Counted from the first letter of the stretch, positions 1 to 13,185 are shown. The stretch is DNA of 64,000 nucleotides from Dicyema japonicum (GCA_011109175.1 RDEW01000050.1:274694-338693); one strand, 5' to 3'. Notes: generated by a model from the sequence alone, not told the origin. Made by a program: numbers and translations.

Positions 1-560
1 ATACAGTGTGTCAACCACACTCCAAACAATGTTGGACGGGCAAAGTGTGTCGACACAAGTAGCGTGCCAGACCAAAGGTTTCCCCTCATCAAATGGGAAA
101 ATTGTGATCCCGTCGGGACGTTTTCCGTCTCCTGTGTCCAGGCCAACAGGTTCAAGTATAGCGGGGTATCCCGCAGACTCCAGGGCTCACTTGACGATTC
201 TGTTGATCGCCTTGTGTCTTGGGAATCGCCCTGCACTTCTTCGACACGAGAGGGCATGGTGTCCATAACAATCGACGGTGGCGCCACACCTGCATTTGCG
301 AGTCCGGCAAATCTCCAGTCCAAATCTGGTGACAGTATCGTCGTCAAGGTGGGTCCCGACACTACCAACGGGGAGTGCATTGATCCAAGCGCCACTCGAT
401 TCGCATCTTCCAGTGACTAGACAGGCACGTCTGTGTTGGTTTGATTGGTTTAGAAGCCTCTCATATTTATTCTCGCAGATGGTCCTGTAACGGTCTTTCT
501 GCTCAGGCATCATCCCTTTCAAATGCTCCATATCTGTGATTTTGGTTGAGGAGGTGACGA
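1..560 (-). mobile_element. CRE-like non-LTR retrotransposon fragment (zinc knuckle + restriction-like endonuclease), runs off window start
   Basis: ORF 187-591(-) has WINALP..GTHLDD and CRCGATVDCYGHHALSCRRSAGRFPRH; the antisense of 8-268 gives the RPDG..IFPF..GKPLVW endonuclease region, as in the other CRE copies here. Confidence 0.8.
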
Positions 561-576
561 CATCTCTATTGCACAA

Positions 577-3360
577 ATGTCTGAAACGCACTTAAAGCGT
601 TTGGAGGAGCTTAAAAACATCTTTCAATGTAAGAGGGATCAGCAAAGAGTGGGAAAGAAACCTGCTATGTTTAGATCTGAGGAGACATGGTGCAGACGTG
701 GGATGCCTACAAGAGACAAAAGTACAGGCTGGAATGGACGAGCTACATGGCGACTATAGACTCATTTTACTACCATCGTCATCAAGACATTATGGACAGG
801 ATTTGCCGTGCACAAGAAACTTGTTCGTGGGATACGTCGGTGTTGGAGTGTTAACGACAGGATGAGCATACTGCAAATACGGGTTGGGGTCAAACGCACG
901 TGGAGGGCCCTTATCTCAATTATAAATGTTTATGCACCCCACAGTGGACGGGCTGCCAAAGATTCGGACGAACTTGACGCTTTCTACGTGCAGCTGTCGA
1001 GAACATATGTCAAACTGGAATCGTATTTTCTAGTCTTCATTGTTAGAGACTGGAATGCTAAAGCAGGAGTACGTCGGGAACATGAGTTGACTATTGGAAG
1101 ACACGGAAGAGGGATCAGGAATTTGCCGAGGGCTGTGCTGATAATTTTCTGCCGGGCATTTGGTCGACATAGGACTACCTGGACGAGTTGCAGAAGAAAT
1201 GAATCTGGGGGCCATGTGATGATTTACAATCAGAATGATTACATTCTTTGCCGACAGAAAGATAGAACACTATTACGGGACTCGAGGTCATACGGAGGGG
1301 CCGTCGTGGAAAGCGACCACAAGATCGTCGTGGCCTTGTTTGATATTATGCACGCACTTCAGGAACAAAGCCACCTCAGGTCATACGAGGAGGATACCTA
1401 ATCGAGAGACTATGTTTTTTACACTTCACTCGAAATATCTATCGAGCATATATGGAACATTATCTACAAGCAATAGAGACAGGCCTTCCACCGGGAGTTA
1501 CTTGGACGCGTATAATGGAAAGAATTCACATGACTGCAGACGAACACATTGGGAGGTGGCCGCACAACGCACGAGGTACCAAACAGGGCCACCCCGATGT
1601 TCCGCACTAGCTGCAAAACAGAAGGATCTTCGACTATCGCTAGAAAACATGACGAACACAGATAGGAAATGCTTTTTACAGTCGGAATGTACTAGGATAC
1701 AGAGAAAAATCAGAAAATTAAACAGTGAACATGTTGCAAACGTTTTTGATGCCAGGCTAAAGGAAGTGAGAATTAAAGGATTGTGCACAGATGTTCTTGG
1801 CAATGCGCCTGCTTAAGAGGAGGAACCAAAAGGGCAAACTAAAAATTCAGGATAACAAAGGGAATATGATTTTTGACGCTACGGAACAAGCCGAACTTAT
1901 TGCTGCTCATTTTGAACGACTCTTTGACGTTGAAAAGGTGGACATAATCACTGGTAATGCAGGAAGTCTTGTAAATGAAATCACGGTGGGAGAAGTTATG
2001 AAAGCAATAGAGAGACTGAAGTGCAATCGATCGTCAGGACCGGATGGCAAAAGTGCTGAGTTACTCAAGTACGACACAAAAACTCTGGTGGAAATCGTGG
2101 CCAAAGCATTGAACAAAGTGTTTGCAACTAACGACCTTCTTCCGTTGGGCAAAGGAATTCTGGTGCCGATTCAAAAACAGAATAAGAAAGCGGGCCTTAT
2201 GGAAAACCTGCGGCCAGTCATCCTACTCAATGCACCTAAGAAAGGTCCTTGCTCTGGTGTGCTGGATCGTGTGCAAGAGCCTGTGAATGAATTCCTGTCA
2301 TCGAGCCACAGTGGATTCAGGACAGGCAGATCTACCGCTGATGTGGTCTGGGGGCATAGGTGGCGTTGTGCCACCTACCAAAGATTTGAGAGTGCGAGTA
2401 CGATTTTGGGGATCGACATGTCAAGAGCTTTCGACACAATTCGCCGAGGAAAGCTTATTGATGTTTTGCGGGGATTCCTTAATAGGGATTCTGTCAGGAT
2501 GATAGAAGTTTTATTGTCAAACACAGAACTGACGGTACGAGTTGGAGTACGTTGTCCAGAAATTATCGACGACTGTGGGACTCCCTTTCCCCTTTGCTGT
2601 TTGTATATACCTGGAGTAGCACTGCGTGGTCTTCGAAGTTTTTATTATGGCCAAATCGCCGAAATTATATACGCTGATGATGTGGATTTCTTATCGGAAG
2701 ATAAAGCAGCCTTGAGGCGGTTACTTGACGTTGCCCCTGCAGAGCTTGGGAAATGGTTTCTTACGGTAAATACAACTAAAACTGAAATTACGCATGGGAT
2801 CAAGATTGGAAAGATGGATGGAGACGTTCCAGAATGCTCGGCTCCTCCTCGGGGACAGAAGAATACCCGGAGGAAAGTACTATCGACGGTCGCACTGACA
2901 GGATGAAGACGGATTGGTTGGCTAACAGACCGGTAACGATCGCGCTTCGTTTGCGCGATCGTCTACAATGCTTTCGTGAAGCCGGTCCTGTATATAACTT
3001 TTTCCTGCTAGGGGACCTCGATCTCAGAAACCAAAAATCTTAACTCCTTCCACCGAAGGCAAATACGAATAATGTGTGGGATACAATGGCACTACACAAC
3101 CGAAAGTGCTCAACGTGATCTGTGACTTGGGATGTGGTGGAGGCCTGATGGAGACTGTTTGGACACATCTTACGGATGCCCCCACATCACCTGCAAATTT
3201 GGCAATGGAGAAATATTTCGCTGCAAGTAAAAAAGAAATATCGAGGGCGCCCGCGTACTACGCTACTGGGAGTGCTAGATGAGGATCTCAAGGCAATCAA
3301 CCGGAGGCTCGTAAGTGGGGAGGATCTGGATGCTATGAGAATTTCGGCGTGTACAGGAGG
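577..3360 (+). mobile_element. RTE-clade LINE, near full length, frameshifted (AP endonuclease + RT)
   Basis: Starts MSETH..NVRG..CLQETK; INVYAPH, DWNAK, NDYILCR, SDHKIV endonuclease motifs; RT RSSGPDG, RPVILLN, GIDMSRAFD, YADDV; RGRPRTTL..LDEDL C-terminal region. Confidence 0.85.
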
Positions 3361-4829
3361 ATGAACGCAATTGATCCGAAAAATCGCTTTAAGTGCCGCA
3401 CGTGTGGAAATATAACAATTATGTTTTTACGATAGTTGCCTATAATAATAATATCTGTGATTTCAGATGATTCTGTTTGGAGTTGGTGAATCATCCTGAT
3501 CAGCAGTCGGCTGGAGTCCAAAGAGGATAGATACGCGTGGCAAGCCAGATCTTTCGGTGAAGGGATTCCCAGTCCTCCCAGGCTAACGGGTAGACAGATA
3601 TACGATTAGCTTTGAGGATCCTGATCAGGAGTCTTTGTGTGTGTGTCAGGTTTGAGATCAACTCAAGTATTTCAATGGTCTAGTGGAACATGTTCAGAAG
3701 GGTAGCGTAGGGAATAGTTTGTCGTATTATTTGGTAGGAGACATGACCGACAGTGCCAATCGGAAATGACAGCCAGGGCTCTTTTAGTCATTCCGGCACA
3801 GGACATGTGGAAGTCACACGAACAGGCCGTGCAATGGATTTGTTAATACATTTTTTATATTAATTAATACTTTTTTAAATAAAGATTTTGGAATAGAAAT
3901 TGCGTACTCACGAATCCAGGAAATTAGAAGGGATAAATATTGTTTCGAGTTGAATCAAAGAGCCTTTTATAGAAGAGTGAATGGGACTAACATAGCTAGT
4001 GAATATGGGTTTGGTAATGATAAATGTCTAAAGTTTTGGAATGATATTTTAGATCAGAAACCACTTCCAGAAATTAGCATCACTAAACGGATTATTGGAG
4101 CTGAGATGTATCCAGCAGTATTTGATGAGGAATATATTTTGGAAATCGTTAAACAATTGCCTAATTGGAGAGCTTGTGGGTGTGATGGAGTTTATAATTT
4201 TTTCATTAAGAAATTTGATGCATTGCATGAGTATTTGCATAAGGTGATTGACGATGTTATCAATGGAAAATGTATTCCAGGGGATTGGTTTTATACTGGG
4301 ATAACGTATCTTTTTACCGAAAAAGGAATATTGTGAGGCACCTAAAGATTTACGACCAATTACATGCAACTTATATAAACTGATAACATAATGTGCCAAT
4401 AAGAAACTAAGTGATTTTGTTGACATTCCAAATAATCTCAGATAACCAACTAGTAAAGAGAAAAATGTGTCAGGGTGCTAAGGAACAAGCCCTAATAAAT
4501 CAGTGTATTTATCAGGAATTTGACAACCCTATATATTCAGCATGGATAGATGTCCAAAAAGCGTTTGATTTAGCAAGCCAACAATTCTTACTTAAATTTT
4601 TTGGGTGCTGTGGACTTCATTGTTGGATTATTAGTTTTATCCGCACTTTGGTTACAAAGTGGCGAGTTAAACTGAAATTTAATAGACATGAACTCGGAAC
4701 AGTGAAAATATCAAGAGGAATTCTGCAAAGGGACTCCTTGTCTACACAGCTATTTCTATTAGTGATGGACCCTTTGAGTAGGATATTAACTGGAAAATAC
4801 CCAACAGTGCATATTAGCCAGTCTGAGCT

Positions 4830-5804
4830 ATTTCAGGTTTAAAGTGGGTCTTACCAAAAGCAAAGTGGAACAAAAAATAATTTTTGTTTTTTGAACCGTG
4901 TGAAAAAATGCAAAAGTGTAGATCAATTGCAAAAGTGACTAAGCAAAAACCTATATATTCGCATGCCTGCGCAAATAAAAAAGTCTGAAGCTGCAATTAA
5001 GAAAATCTTATAATCGGGGCCTATGAGGGAGATGGTGACTGGAGGGAACTTATTGTTTGAAAGATATCAGGTATGAACCAGAGAAAGGCAATAGTGAATT
5101 AAATAAAGAAAAAAGAAAAAAATTTATTACTTCATTATTGGAATATCAATCGCAGGAAATTCCGATATTATTTATGGATGAAACAAATCTCAACATGCAC
5201 ATATCCCGTAAAAGGGTCGTTCAAAAAGAGGAACAAGGGCTAATGTCGTTGCAACAAGTTCGCGAGGTGCCAATGTACATTTCATTGGTTGTATCGGGTC
5301 CCTTGGATTGTTACACTATGAATTCAAACGTGGATCCTTTAATAAAGAATCCGCCCATGAATGATGAGAACTTGTCTACGAAAAGCCAGGGAAGCTTACA
5401 ATTTCCCAGTAGTAGACAATGCTCCACGCCATTCAGGAATTAAAGAAATTGTCAGAGATAATGAATTCATCGGAAATAAAATTTTAAGATTGGGTCCCTA
5501 TAGCCCTATTCTCAACCCAATGAGAATATTTGGTCAGTTTTCAAAGCTGATGTAAAAAGACACATCGCAACAGACATGAAAAATATTTTGGATGTTGTGA
5601 GACAAGAAGCTTTGTCAACTACGGAGTTTCGACTTCAAAAGTTAGAAGAAAGTAACTAATTATGTACAATCACTCCATCTCTATGCAACACCTAATTGCT
5701 AGAATTCAGAGGTCGGCCCCATCGGTGTTAAATAATGACATGGTTTATTAAATTATTTTATTGTTCCACTTTGCTTTTGGTAAGACCCACTTTAAACCTG
5801 AAAT
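4830..5804 (+). mobile_element. Tc1/mariner-IS630 family DNA transposon, degraded DDE transposase, 44-bp TIRs
   Basis: Perfect inverted repeats at 4830-4873 and 5761-5804 (atttcaggtttaaagtgggtcttaccaaaagcaaagtggaacaa); transposase motifs FMDETN, VVDNAPRH, LGPYSPILNP. Confidence 0.85.
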
Positions 5805-6284
5805 GGTGTAGTCCATCGATGATTACCTATGCCACTAACCATTTGTTTTTTATGGATGATCTAAAAATATTTGCCCAGGAAGAGGCCACGATTATTAAGA
5901 TGACATTGAATTAGCAGGACTCAATAAAAACATTTAGTCGGTTAATGTTGAATGTTTATCGAAGGAAGCAAAATATTTGGATGGAACTGAAGGTTGTCAA
6001 TATCTTGGAGTGTTGGAGGATAAATGGAGTAACACTCTAAAACAGGAAATTTTAGAAAAGATTGCCGATGAAGTTGAAAAAAGAAGTAAGGGTTAGGCAA
6101 GCACAAAGTTGAATGCAGTAATTATGTTCAAAGCAATTAACGAATCCACACTGTCACTTTACAACTATTAAATTGGACTAATCAACATTAAATCACATGA
6201 GTTTGAGGATGTTGATGTTCGACGTATTCTCTACGAGACAAAACTGCAATAAAAAGAGGCTTTATTTACCAAGAGATAAAAAGT

Positions 6285-6990
6285 AATCATTTTGTGGAAT
6301 TAATATATGCTGATGACATCGATTTTGTGTCTGAAGATGTGGAAGTACTAAGAACTGTAATAGATAAAGCCACAAGAATTCTGGAGAGGTGGTCTTTGAA
6401 GATCAATTCAGAAAAAACGGAGTTAACTTCGATTCAGCGGTTACCGACTCGGATTGATGAGAAATGTAGGTTTACTTAAAGGCTCGGATCGGTTTTGGGT
6501 GATGCTGAGACATTGCTCACAGACAGATGTTGTCATTGTGTGCACTGAAAAAGACGTGGAGTATTTGGACTCACAGAAAACTTATCTCCTTAAATCTTCG
6601 GATGCGCCTATATAAGCGTTCATACAACCAATCCTATTATATAACTCGGGAACATGGGGAACATCAAAAACGGACTTGACAGACTATACACATTTCATAG
6701 AAATCAATTGAGAAAAATTGCGGGAATCAAATGGCCACAGATTATCAGAAACGACACACTCTACAAATTATGTAAATGCAAACCGATAAGCAGAGAAGTA
6801 ATTACCTCACGCTGGCGACTTTTCGGACATGTTCTGAGAATGGACGAAGTGATTCCTTGCAATCAAATCATGGAAGATTACTATTAATCACGGAATTGGA
6901 TTTCGCGGTCGGCCAAGATTTACGCTTCCCCTCTGCCTGAATAACGATTACGATTCTGCGGGCTGTCAATTTAAAGAAAACACATATGGC
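6285..6990 (+). mobile_element. 5'-truncated RTE LINE fragment nested in the R4/Dong element
   Basis: LIYADDIDFV, INSEKTE, ILLYNSGTWG, HRNQLRKIAGIKWP, SRWRLFGHVLRM, FRGRPRFTLP. Confidence 0.75.
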
Positions 6991-7899
6991 CACAATCGCG
7001 GGATTCTTAACTCAGAAGTATAATTTGGATGATAATTCCTTCGAAATGGAGGTACGGCAACTTAAACAAGTCCAAATTGAATGGTTACTGATGAAAATTA
7101 ACATTAAATCTCATCATTCTGTTATTAAAATGTTTAAAAGACCCGACTGTTGATATTGCATCATCTTCGGGATGGCTTGCAAGGGGTAATAATAGTCCAA
7201 GAGCCGAAGCTCTGTACTTCCGTTAACAAGACCAAAATTTGTTCTTTGAAAAAAAGGATCGAATTGCAATCATTGTAAGTCTTCCAAAATCAGTCCAATC
7301 AATAGTAACAACTGAGAATGTTGAGATCCGAGTCGATACGATGCTAATGACTGATGTCAAAGTACAGCATAACAAGCCGGACATATTTGTTTTTGATAAA
7401 AGTACAAGTGAGATTACTTTAGTAGATGTTGGAATCACTTCTCAGGAGATGCTGAAAGTGGCTGAGGTATTTACAAATACGACCTCCTCGCTAGAAAGTT
7501 GTCTCAAATGTACAATGCGAAAGTTAAAATTATTGCTATTGTTTTGGGAGGGAATTGTAAGTTCTACAAGTCATATATGGATGTTTTTGATGTGGATGTA
7601 ATTCCGAGGGCATATATTCAATCTATTGTGTTAAAGAAAACTCTTGAAAGCAGGTTTTATATGATAATCGCAAGATTGATTATCGGCCTTTAACTTTTAT
7701 TTTGTTCTAGTGCAGATTGATCATCGTCACTATAATTCTAGCTTTTACATTAGCGTAATGAAAACAAAATTATTTTATTTGAAATACAGCTAATAGAATG
7801 TCAGATCATAAAACAAAATTCTTTTTTTGAAAAACAGCTAATAGAATGTCAGATCATACATGTAATCGAGTTTTGGAACAACGCAAGAAAATGTAAAAG

Positions 7900-8400
7900 G
7901 AAAATGTTCAATATAAAATCTTGAAAAGTGTGCTGCTTCAAGGATTGTGAATAACAAAAACAAGTCAAAAATTTGTATTAATACTGGAGCAATCAAATGC
8001 ATGAAACAGTTGCAATATCTTGGTGTTTGTGTTAACTCGAAGGGTTCCTTTATAAATTACATCAAGAAAAAAAGCTATAGCAATGTTGAAATCGCTTCTA
8101 CGTTTTCAATTAAGTCCGGAAACTTTTCTATGTGTGTATACAGCTTGTATAGAACCATTCTTGATTTTTGGCTTCCAAGAATGGTTTGAAAGTGATGTGA
8201 GAAGTATTCTTGTAGAGCATCTCGATAGATTGGAGATATGCTATTAAACTGGCATATGGACTTGATTTAAAATCTAAATTACCATTAGTTATGAAAGACG
8301 TGCAAGATCTATTGAAAAAAATATTGCTTCACTTCAAAAAATAATTCTTGCTTTGTTCAAGGGGTCAATAATTCGAAGAGGAGACATATGGTGTCTCGTT
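7900..8400 (+). mobile_element. Degenerate CR1/L2-group LINE post-RT fragment
   Basis: QLQYLGVCVNSKGSF..Y..LYRTIL pattern; similar remnants at 31900-33000, 36050-36600 and 47880-48290. Confidence 0.35.
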
Positions 8401-9139
8401 ATACCAAATCCCATCAACTAGGACAAACTCATTGGCTTCTCCCTGTTTAATTAGTTTTTAATTAGTAGCGAGTTTGTTGTGTTAATAAAATCATCTATCA
8501 ATAAAAATAAATATTGACTGAAACGAATATAAAAGGAAAATCTTCAATATAAAAATCAATATTGTCAGAAACGAAGATAAAAAGAAAATCTTCAATATTG
8601 ACTGAAATTAATACATAAACTTTCAATATCATGTGAATTATATATTATACTCTGAAAATAGTCGGAAAATGGCACAAGCGAAACCATAACAACTGTTTAC
8701 TGGCAACGCGGACGTGCATTAATTAACAACTCTGATTAGTCCAAGAATAAAGCAAATTTCAGAAATTGACAAAATGCTATACCATCGAACATTTTGCCAA
8801 TAGCCATCAAGCACTAATAAGAGATCAGATACATAATATTGAGGAATACCTTTGAGAAATCTAAAATATATTATATTGAAGTATACCTCTAAGAAAATTA
8901 AAATAGATGTTATTTAAATATATCTCTGTAGAACTAATAAATAATCTTTATAAAAGTTCAACAAAATAACAAGAAGGCCACATAAGAGTACAACAAAACC
9001 ACATGAGTTGCACGTCAAATGTATTTAGAATAAATTTTAAATTTAGTAAATTATTAAAATTTTTAATGTTAATTCTTCATCTTCTTAATATGTCTGATTT
9101 AAGTCCTCTGGAGAGTTCCAGCCACCAATGCCTTTTGAA

Positions 9140-9280
9140 GCTTTGATACGAATGGCCCATGGAACGCGCCGTAGTGACTGCGAATGTCCAGTCACTCGAT
9201 CGTTACATGCTTGTGTGGGGTCGAGGGAGGAGCATCGGGCCAAGATGAGGTCCCATGATTAGTTAGTTTGTTTAAACGTG
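9140..9280 (+). mobile_element. 3' tip of a Jockey/I-like LINE
   Basis: Encodes HACVGSREEHRAKMRSHD*, matching the ORF2 C-termini at 27670-27730, 33080-33135 and 50400-50490(-). Confidence 0.5.
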
Positions 9281-9489
9281 GTCTCTGGTGTTATTATTAT
9301 CATTATTGGGTTCGATTTGAGTTTCTCGGGCGATCAATAATTGAAGTTCTGGAGCGCTTAGGGTTCATTTAATGCACTGCGAAAAAGGACCATTAGCTTT
9401 CTTCCAACATGGAACATTTGGTCAATGAATTTCTGGCTAGGCATCGGTTTCTCGGACGCCTGTTTCTGACCGATACATACCTAAGTATT

Positions 9490-10960
9490 TGATCTCTGTT
9501 ATTTACCTGAATGTGAACGGGATTAAAGGAAAAATTATGGAACTTAGAGCACTTAATTCAAAATTCTTAATGGTATGAAACTACAACTTTTTTCCTGGAT
9601 TAAACACATTTTACTAGGAAAAGAGGTGGTGGACTCCTCAAATTAATCAAAAAGGGCCTGAAATATGAAGACAGTTCACCAGAATTAAGGAAACTACCGG
9701 AAGTGACGAAATAACTTAGATTATTGAAGATTAAAAGGGAGAATTTTTAGAAAAGTTGAAGCCGTATTATATATACAAACTTGCAAACTGGCCACTATTC
9801 CGGAATTTAACAGACAACAGTTTGAATAGTTTATAGCTGGAGAGCTTCTCCATTGACAAAGCAGTCACCTACATCAACAATGTCATTTTGTGATCAATAT
9901 ATATGACTGTCCCGAAAAGACAAACCAGTTATTCCAGGGGCTATGGAAGGATGGCTCTAGTCAGAAAGAAATCAACTCAAAAAGATAGGAAAACTTCCTC
10001 TTGAAGTAAGAGTCCGTATAAAATCATTGAACAATGAAATAAAAGCTAAAGAATTCAAAATACAGAGAAAAAAACTGACACGTGTTCTTACGGATTTAAA
10101 CCGCAATTAGTGACAAATAATTGAAAATTATTTTCCTGAAATAGAAAACGCCCCCAATGATGGAATAATCTTACAGAACGTCACCGAGACTTCCTCAGGT
10201 GGCAAAGTCTCCTGAACATTCCCTCGTACCGGACATCAAGCTATATCTGAACACCTGCCCGAAATATGTAAGAAACCTTCCCCTTTTGTGGAAATTAATC
10301 CAGGACTCCAAAACTAAAATCAGGAGAAAGCCTGATATGGACACTAAGATCACTTGACTTAGACGATATCTCTTGTTCTCTTTCTTGTGATTCCAGGGTT
10401 AATAATGTTAAAAAAGGAACCTCCAATTCTTAAACGAAACCACAGGACCAGACCACCATTGCAGCTTATTGACTCATAAGAAGAACTGAAGAAATTTAAT
10501 TCCGACCATAACGCACCTGTTTCGTGAATTGGCTTAGCCATCTCTCGATAAAAGAGCACGTCTCTTCTAAAACCATCCGAAGGCTGATCTGGAATGATCT
10601 GCTGGATGGCCTTCCTACATCGATAGATGATTCGGAGACTACCCTTGATAGAAAAACAAGGAGGACCCAAGCACAATGACGTTCTGAGATTTCCTCCTTA
10701 GAGACGAGTAAGGCTTTTGGATTCCACCATCAGACCAATTATCATAGATTTTACATCTCCTGCTTGGGACCGCTGGTGGACATTGAAGACAATTGATGTA
10801 AGTGTCCTTTCTATCAGCAGTATGTACCAACAAGATGTATCATCAATCACCTCTCTGACGATAGAATAAGCCTATTTCGCCTGGAGATTTAGCCTTTCCT
10901 GTTCGAGGATCAAGAAATCAGCTTAATCCAACGGAAAGCCTTGCGTATTAAATTAATTCC
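9490..10960 (+). mobile_element. Heavily deleted Jockey/I-like LINE remnants
   Basis: ISVIYLNVNGIKGK endonuclease start near 9495; 9990-10100 resembles 26110-26200; the tail at 10270-10410 matches 37110-37250. Confidence 0.5.
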
Positions 10961-10964
10961 AAGA

Positions 10965-11640
10965 CCACTGTTAAACCGAAAAAAACTAAACTAAGTGATC
11001 CCGACGAAGGCTCTCATCTTGCTCGATGTTGATCCCTTGAGACTACACAAGTTCGTTGCGGACGAGTACTTTCTTTTTGGCGTTGGTGTCCATTTTTGTT
11101 TTTTTCGATTATTTTCTCCATGGGCGTCTGTGATTTAATGTTTTCCCCTGTGTACCATTTCTCTGTTAGTTTGAAAGCCCTTTTCTGGGTAGCGGAGATT
11201 TTCTGGATGTTCGTATAAGAGTCCAGTGGTCCCCATGAAGTATACGCATATGAAATGCATGGTTAGATGTACTGTGAGTAGAGCGTTTTAAGTATAGGGT
11301 GATGTCCAATTTTCCATAGACCTGTTAGGCATTTCAGAAGGTTGATTTTTTTCTCACATTTGTTCAACACGTTAGTGACATGTCTCGAAAAGTCAGACCC
11401 AATATTTTTTGCCATTTGCTGAACGGCAATTCTCGTCCCTCCGCAGTAACTTTTATTGTCCTGTTCGACAATCTTTTGTCAGAGGTATAGAGAGTTGTAA
11501 CAGATTTTTCGGTATTGATTGACATCCGATTTTCATTAAACCACTCGAGTAGTCAATCCATGTGGTGTTGTATTCTTTCTGTCGCTGTTTGGGTGTTCTG
11601 ATCCAGTGAATGATCCAATAGTGAACAGGGATTGAATGCA
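10965..11640 (-). mobile_element. Jockey/I-like LINE 3' part, same family as 25400-27780
   Basis: Reverse complement of 10965-11400 aligns closely with 27340-27780, including the 3' UTR gggatcacttagtttagttttt. Confidence 0.8.
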
Positions 11641-11699
11641 TGAAGACATCTTGTGCAAGAGAGGCACGTTCTATTTAAATTGGTTTATTTTAATGACAA

Positions 11700-12060
11700 A
11701 AAATAATTAAGTGATTGAGGATTCAGGACAATCAGTCACTCTCATTGCCAATTTTTCGGAAGAGTCCTATGCCCCAAAAGGATGGCTAACTATAATTGAG
11801 TAATATAACTCCAAATGTGGATTGAATATGAAGATTCTGAGCTTAAAGTCGTGGATGAACAAATATCAAATGTGGTATCAAGGAGAAAGCATCGGCTTTG
11901 ATTGGTTGAGCTAAAACGTCGCAAAACAAATAAATGGGAAGTCAACAATCTTATTGGAGTCAAATCGGAGCTAGAATACTCTAAATTGATATACAGAAAA
12001 CGCAGTCGACTTATGAAGCAAGGTGGGCATATAGAAGCCAAAACAATCATTTCGAGTTAA
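11700..12060 (+). mobile_element. R4/Dong-like N-terminal fragment
   Basis: SELKVVDEQISNVV..TNKWEVNNLIGVKSELEYSKLIYRKR aligns to TELEALEGHISSVA..VPKWDLKELRRAKVELEGAIMVYKRK in ORF 43808-45178. Confidence 0.5.
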
Positions 12061-12749
12061 TCGTAGACTCAGAAATGCCCATGTCGCGGTCTACGTAATG
12101 TATTTTATTGGTCAAACTAAAGTGATAGTCTAATTATAAAGACCAGCGTTAAAGACTTTCATAGTCATCTAATTGATATCCTAAGAATTCTTCTGGAGAT
12201 GTGAATGGGTCTTCAGTACGCCTTTAAAGGGAGAAACTAACTCAAACTACTAAATAATGGATATTATTTCTGACGGTAATTTCTCCTATCTTCTCACTTT
12301 TGCTGTCACATAAAAATACTATTATTTTTTGAACAAATCTGTTATCATTTTTAGATAATCTTACAACGAATTATGTTCCTAGTTCTAACAAAAGTGAAAA
12401 TCGTACATTTAAATCTCGAATTTCAGTAAACACATCACCGGAGCATCAGGAAATGGATGATTTACCTGAAAAGATCGATCCTACGAAATACTATACAGGT
12501 CAAGAGATAGTATGAGCATGCTTGAATATTGTCGTGGTACAGGTTTGAGTTCATTTATGGATTTTAATGTAAGTTATGAAAGACTGTTTACAAACCGTCG
12601 GACAATGTTCAAGAGCATTCGAAGTTGGTTTTGCGATTACTTTTGAATGAATTTATCGATTTGCATACTTTTTGCAAAATAACAAATATTCTGAAAATTT
12701 GGAGTAGGATTTGTTGTTTTGTAATTTAATTTTAGGGCTTTTAATCAAT

Positions 12750-13075
12750 TGGGGCATTGTGACGGTTACCGGGCGAGAAGCCTGAAGGTCGCTAGTTCGA
12801 ATCCCGATACTGCACATTTCGGTTGAAGGTTCCACGCATCAATATGGTTTGGCTTGACAAGTGACGCCGTTATCAGCGAACTTCACTTCGGAACTGGATT
12901 GTCTATAAAGGACATTCACCCAAGAAAAAAGAAAACAAAGAAGTGAAGAGCATTCCTTGATCCTTCCTCGATTAGCTATCATAACTGTTTTTGCTTTAAA
13001 TAAAGTGTGTGTTCTGCCTGAGGGGAGCTATAACTGATATGGCTCCTCCGAAAGTGCGAATATTATTATTTATTA
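12750..13075 (+). mobile_element. Candidate tRNA-derived SINE with a LINE-derived 3' tail
   Basis: tRNA-like 3' half cctgaaggtcgctagttcgaatccc with B-box at 12795-12804; 12896-13070 matches the LINE tail at 25220-25390; ends in a tatt-rich tail. Confidence 0.5.
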
Positions 13076-13185
13076 ATCAAGTGGACTCGATAACCGTTGC
13101 GAAGTTGTGCGGATGTTTATCGGTGGTTTTTATGCTTTTGTCAATTAATAGGAAAAGTTCAAATTTATTATACGAACCACAAAGT

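Larger units (their letters stand above)
3890..7700 (+). mobile_element. R4/Dong-like non-LTR retrotransposon, degraded, interrupted by two later insertions
   Basis: NQRAFYRR, LPNWRACGCDGVYNFFIK, CQGAKEQALIN, WIDVQKAFD, RGILQRDSLS, TNHLFFMDDLK (after 5805), KHNKPDIFVFDK..DVGITSQ, YIQSIVLKKTLES; all homologous to the 43432-46830 element. Confidence 0.8.

Noticed and set aside
7786-7858. 25-bp direct repeat (period 48) and the AT-rich repeats at 8500-8620
   Set aside because: Ordinary local slippage duplications
9172-9260. Hairpin agtgactg/cagtcact plus conserved block as a ribozyme
   Set aside because: No HDV or hammerhead topology could be built; the conservation is explained by the coding peptide CVGSREEHRAK
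12350-12650. Short open frames (NLTTNYVPSS..DPTKYYTGQEIV)
   Set aside because: No recognisable motif, start or splice model
13010-13060. CTGA..hairpin..GAAA as a hammerhead ribozyme
   Set aside because: The CUGANGA core is not met, extra bases separate the stem from GAAA, and the other copies lack CTGA or GAAA
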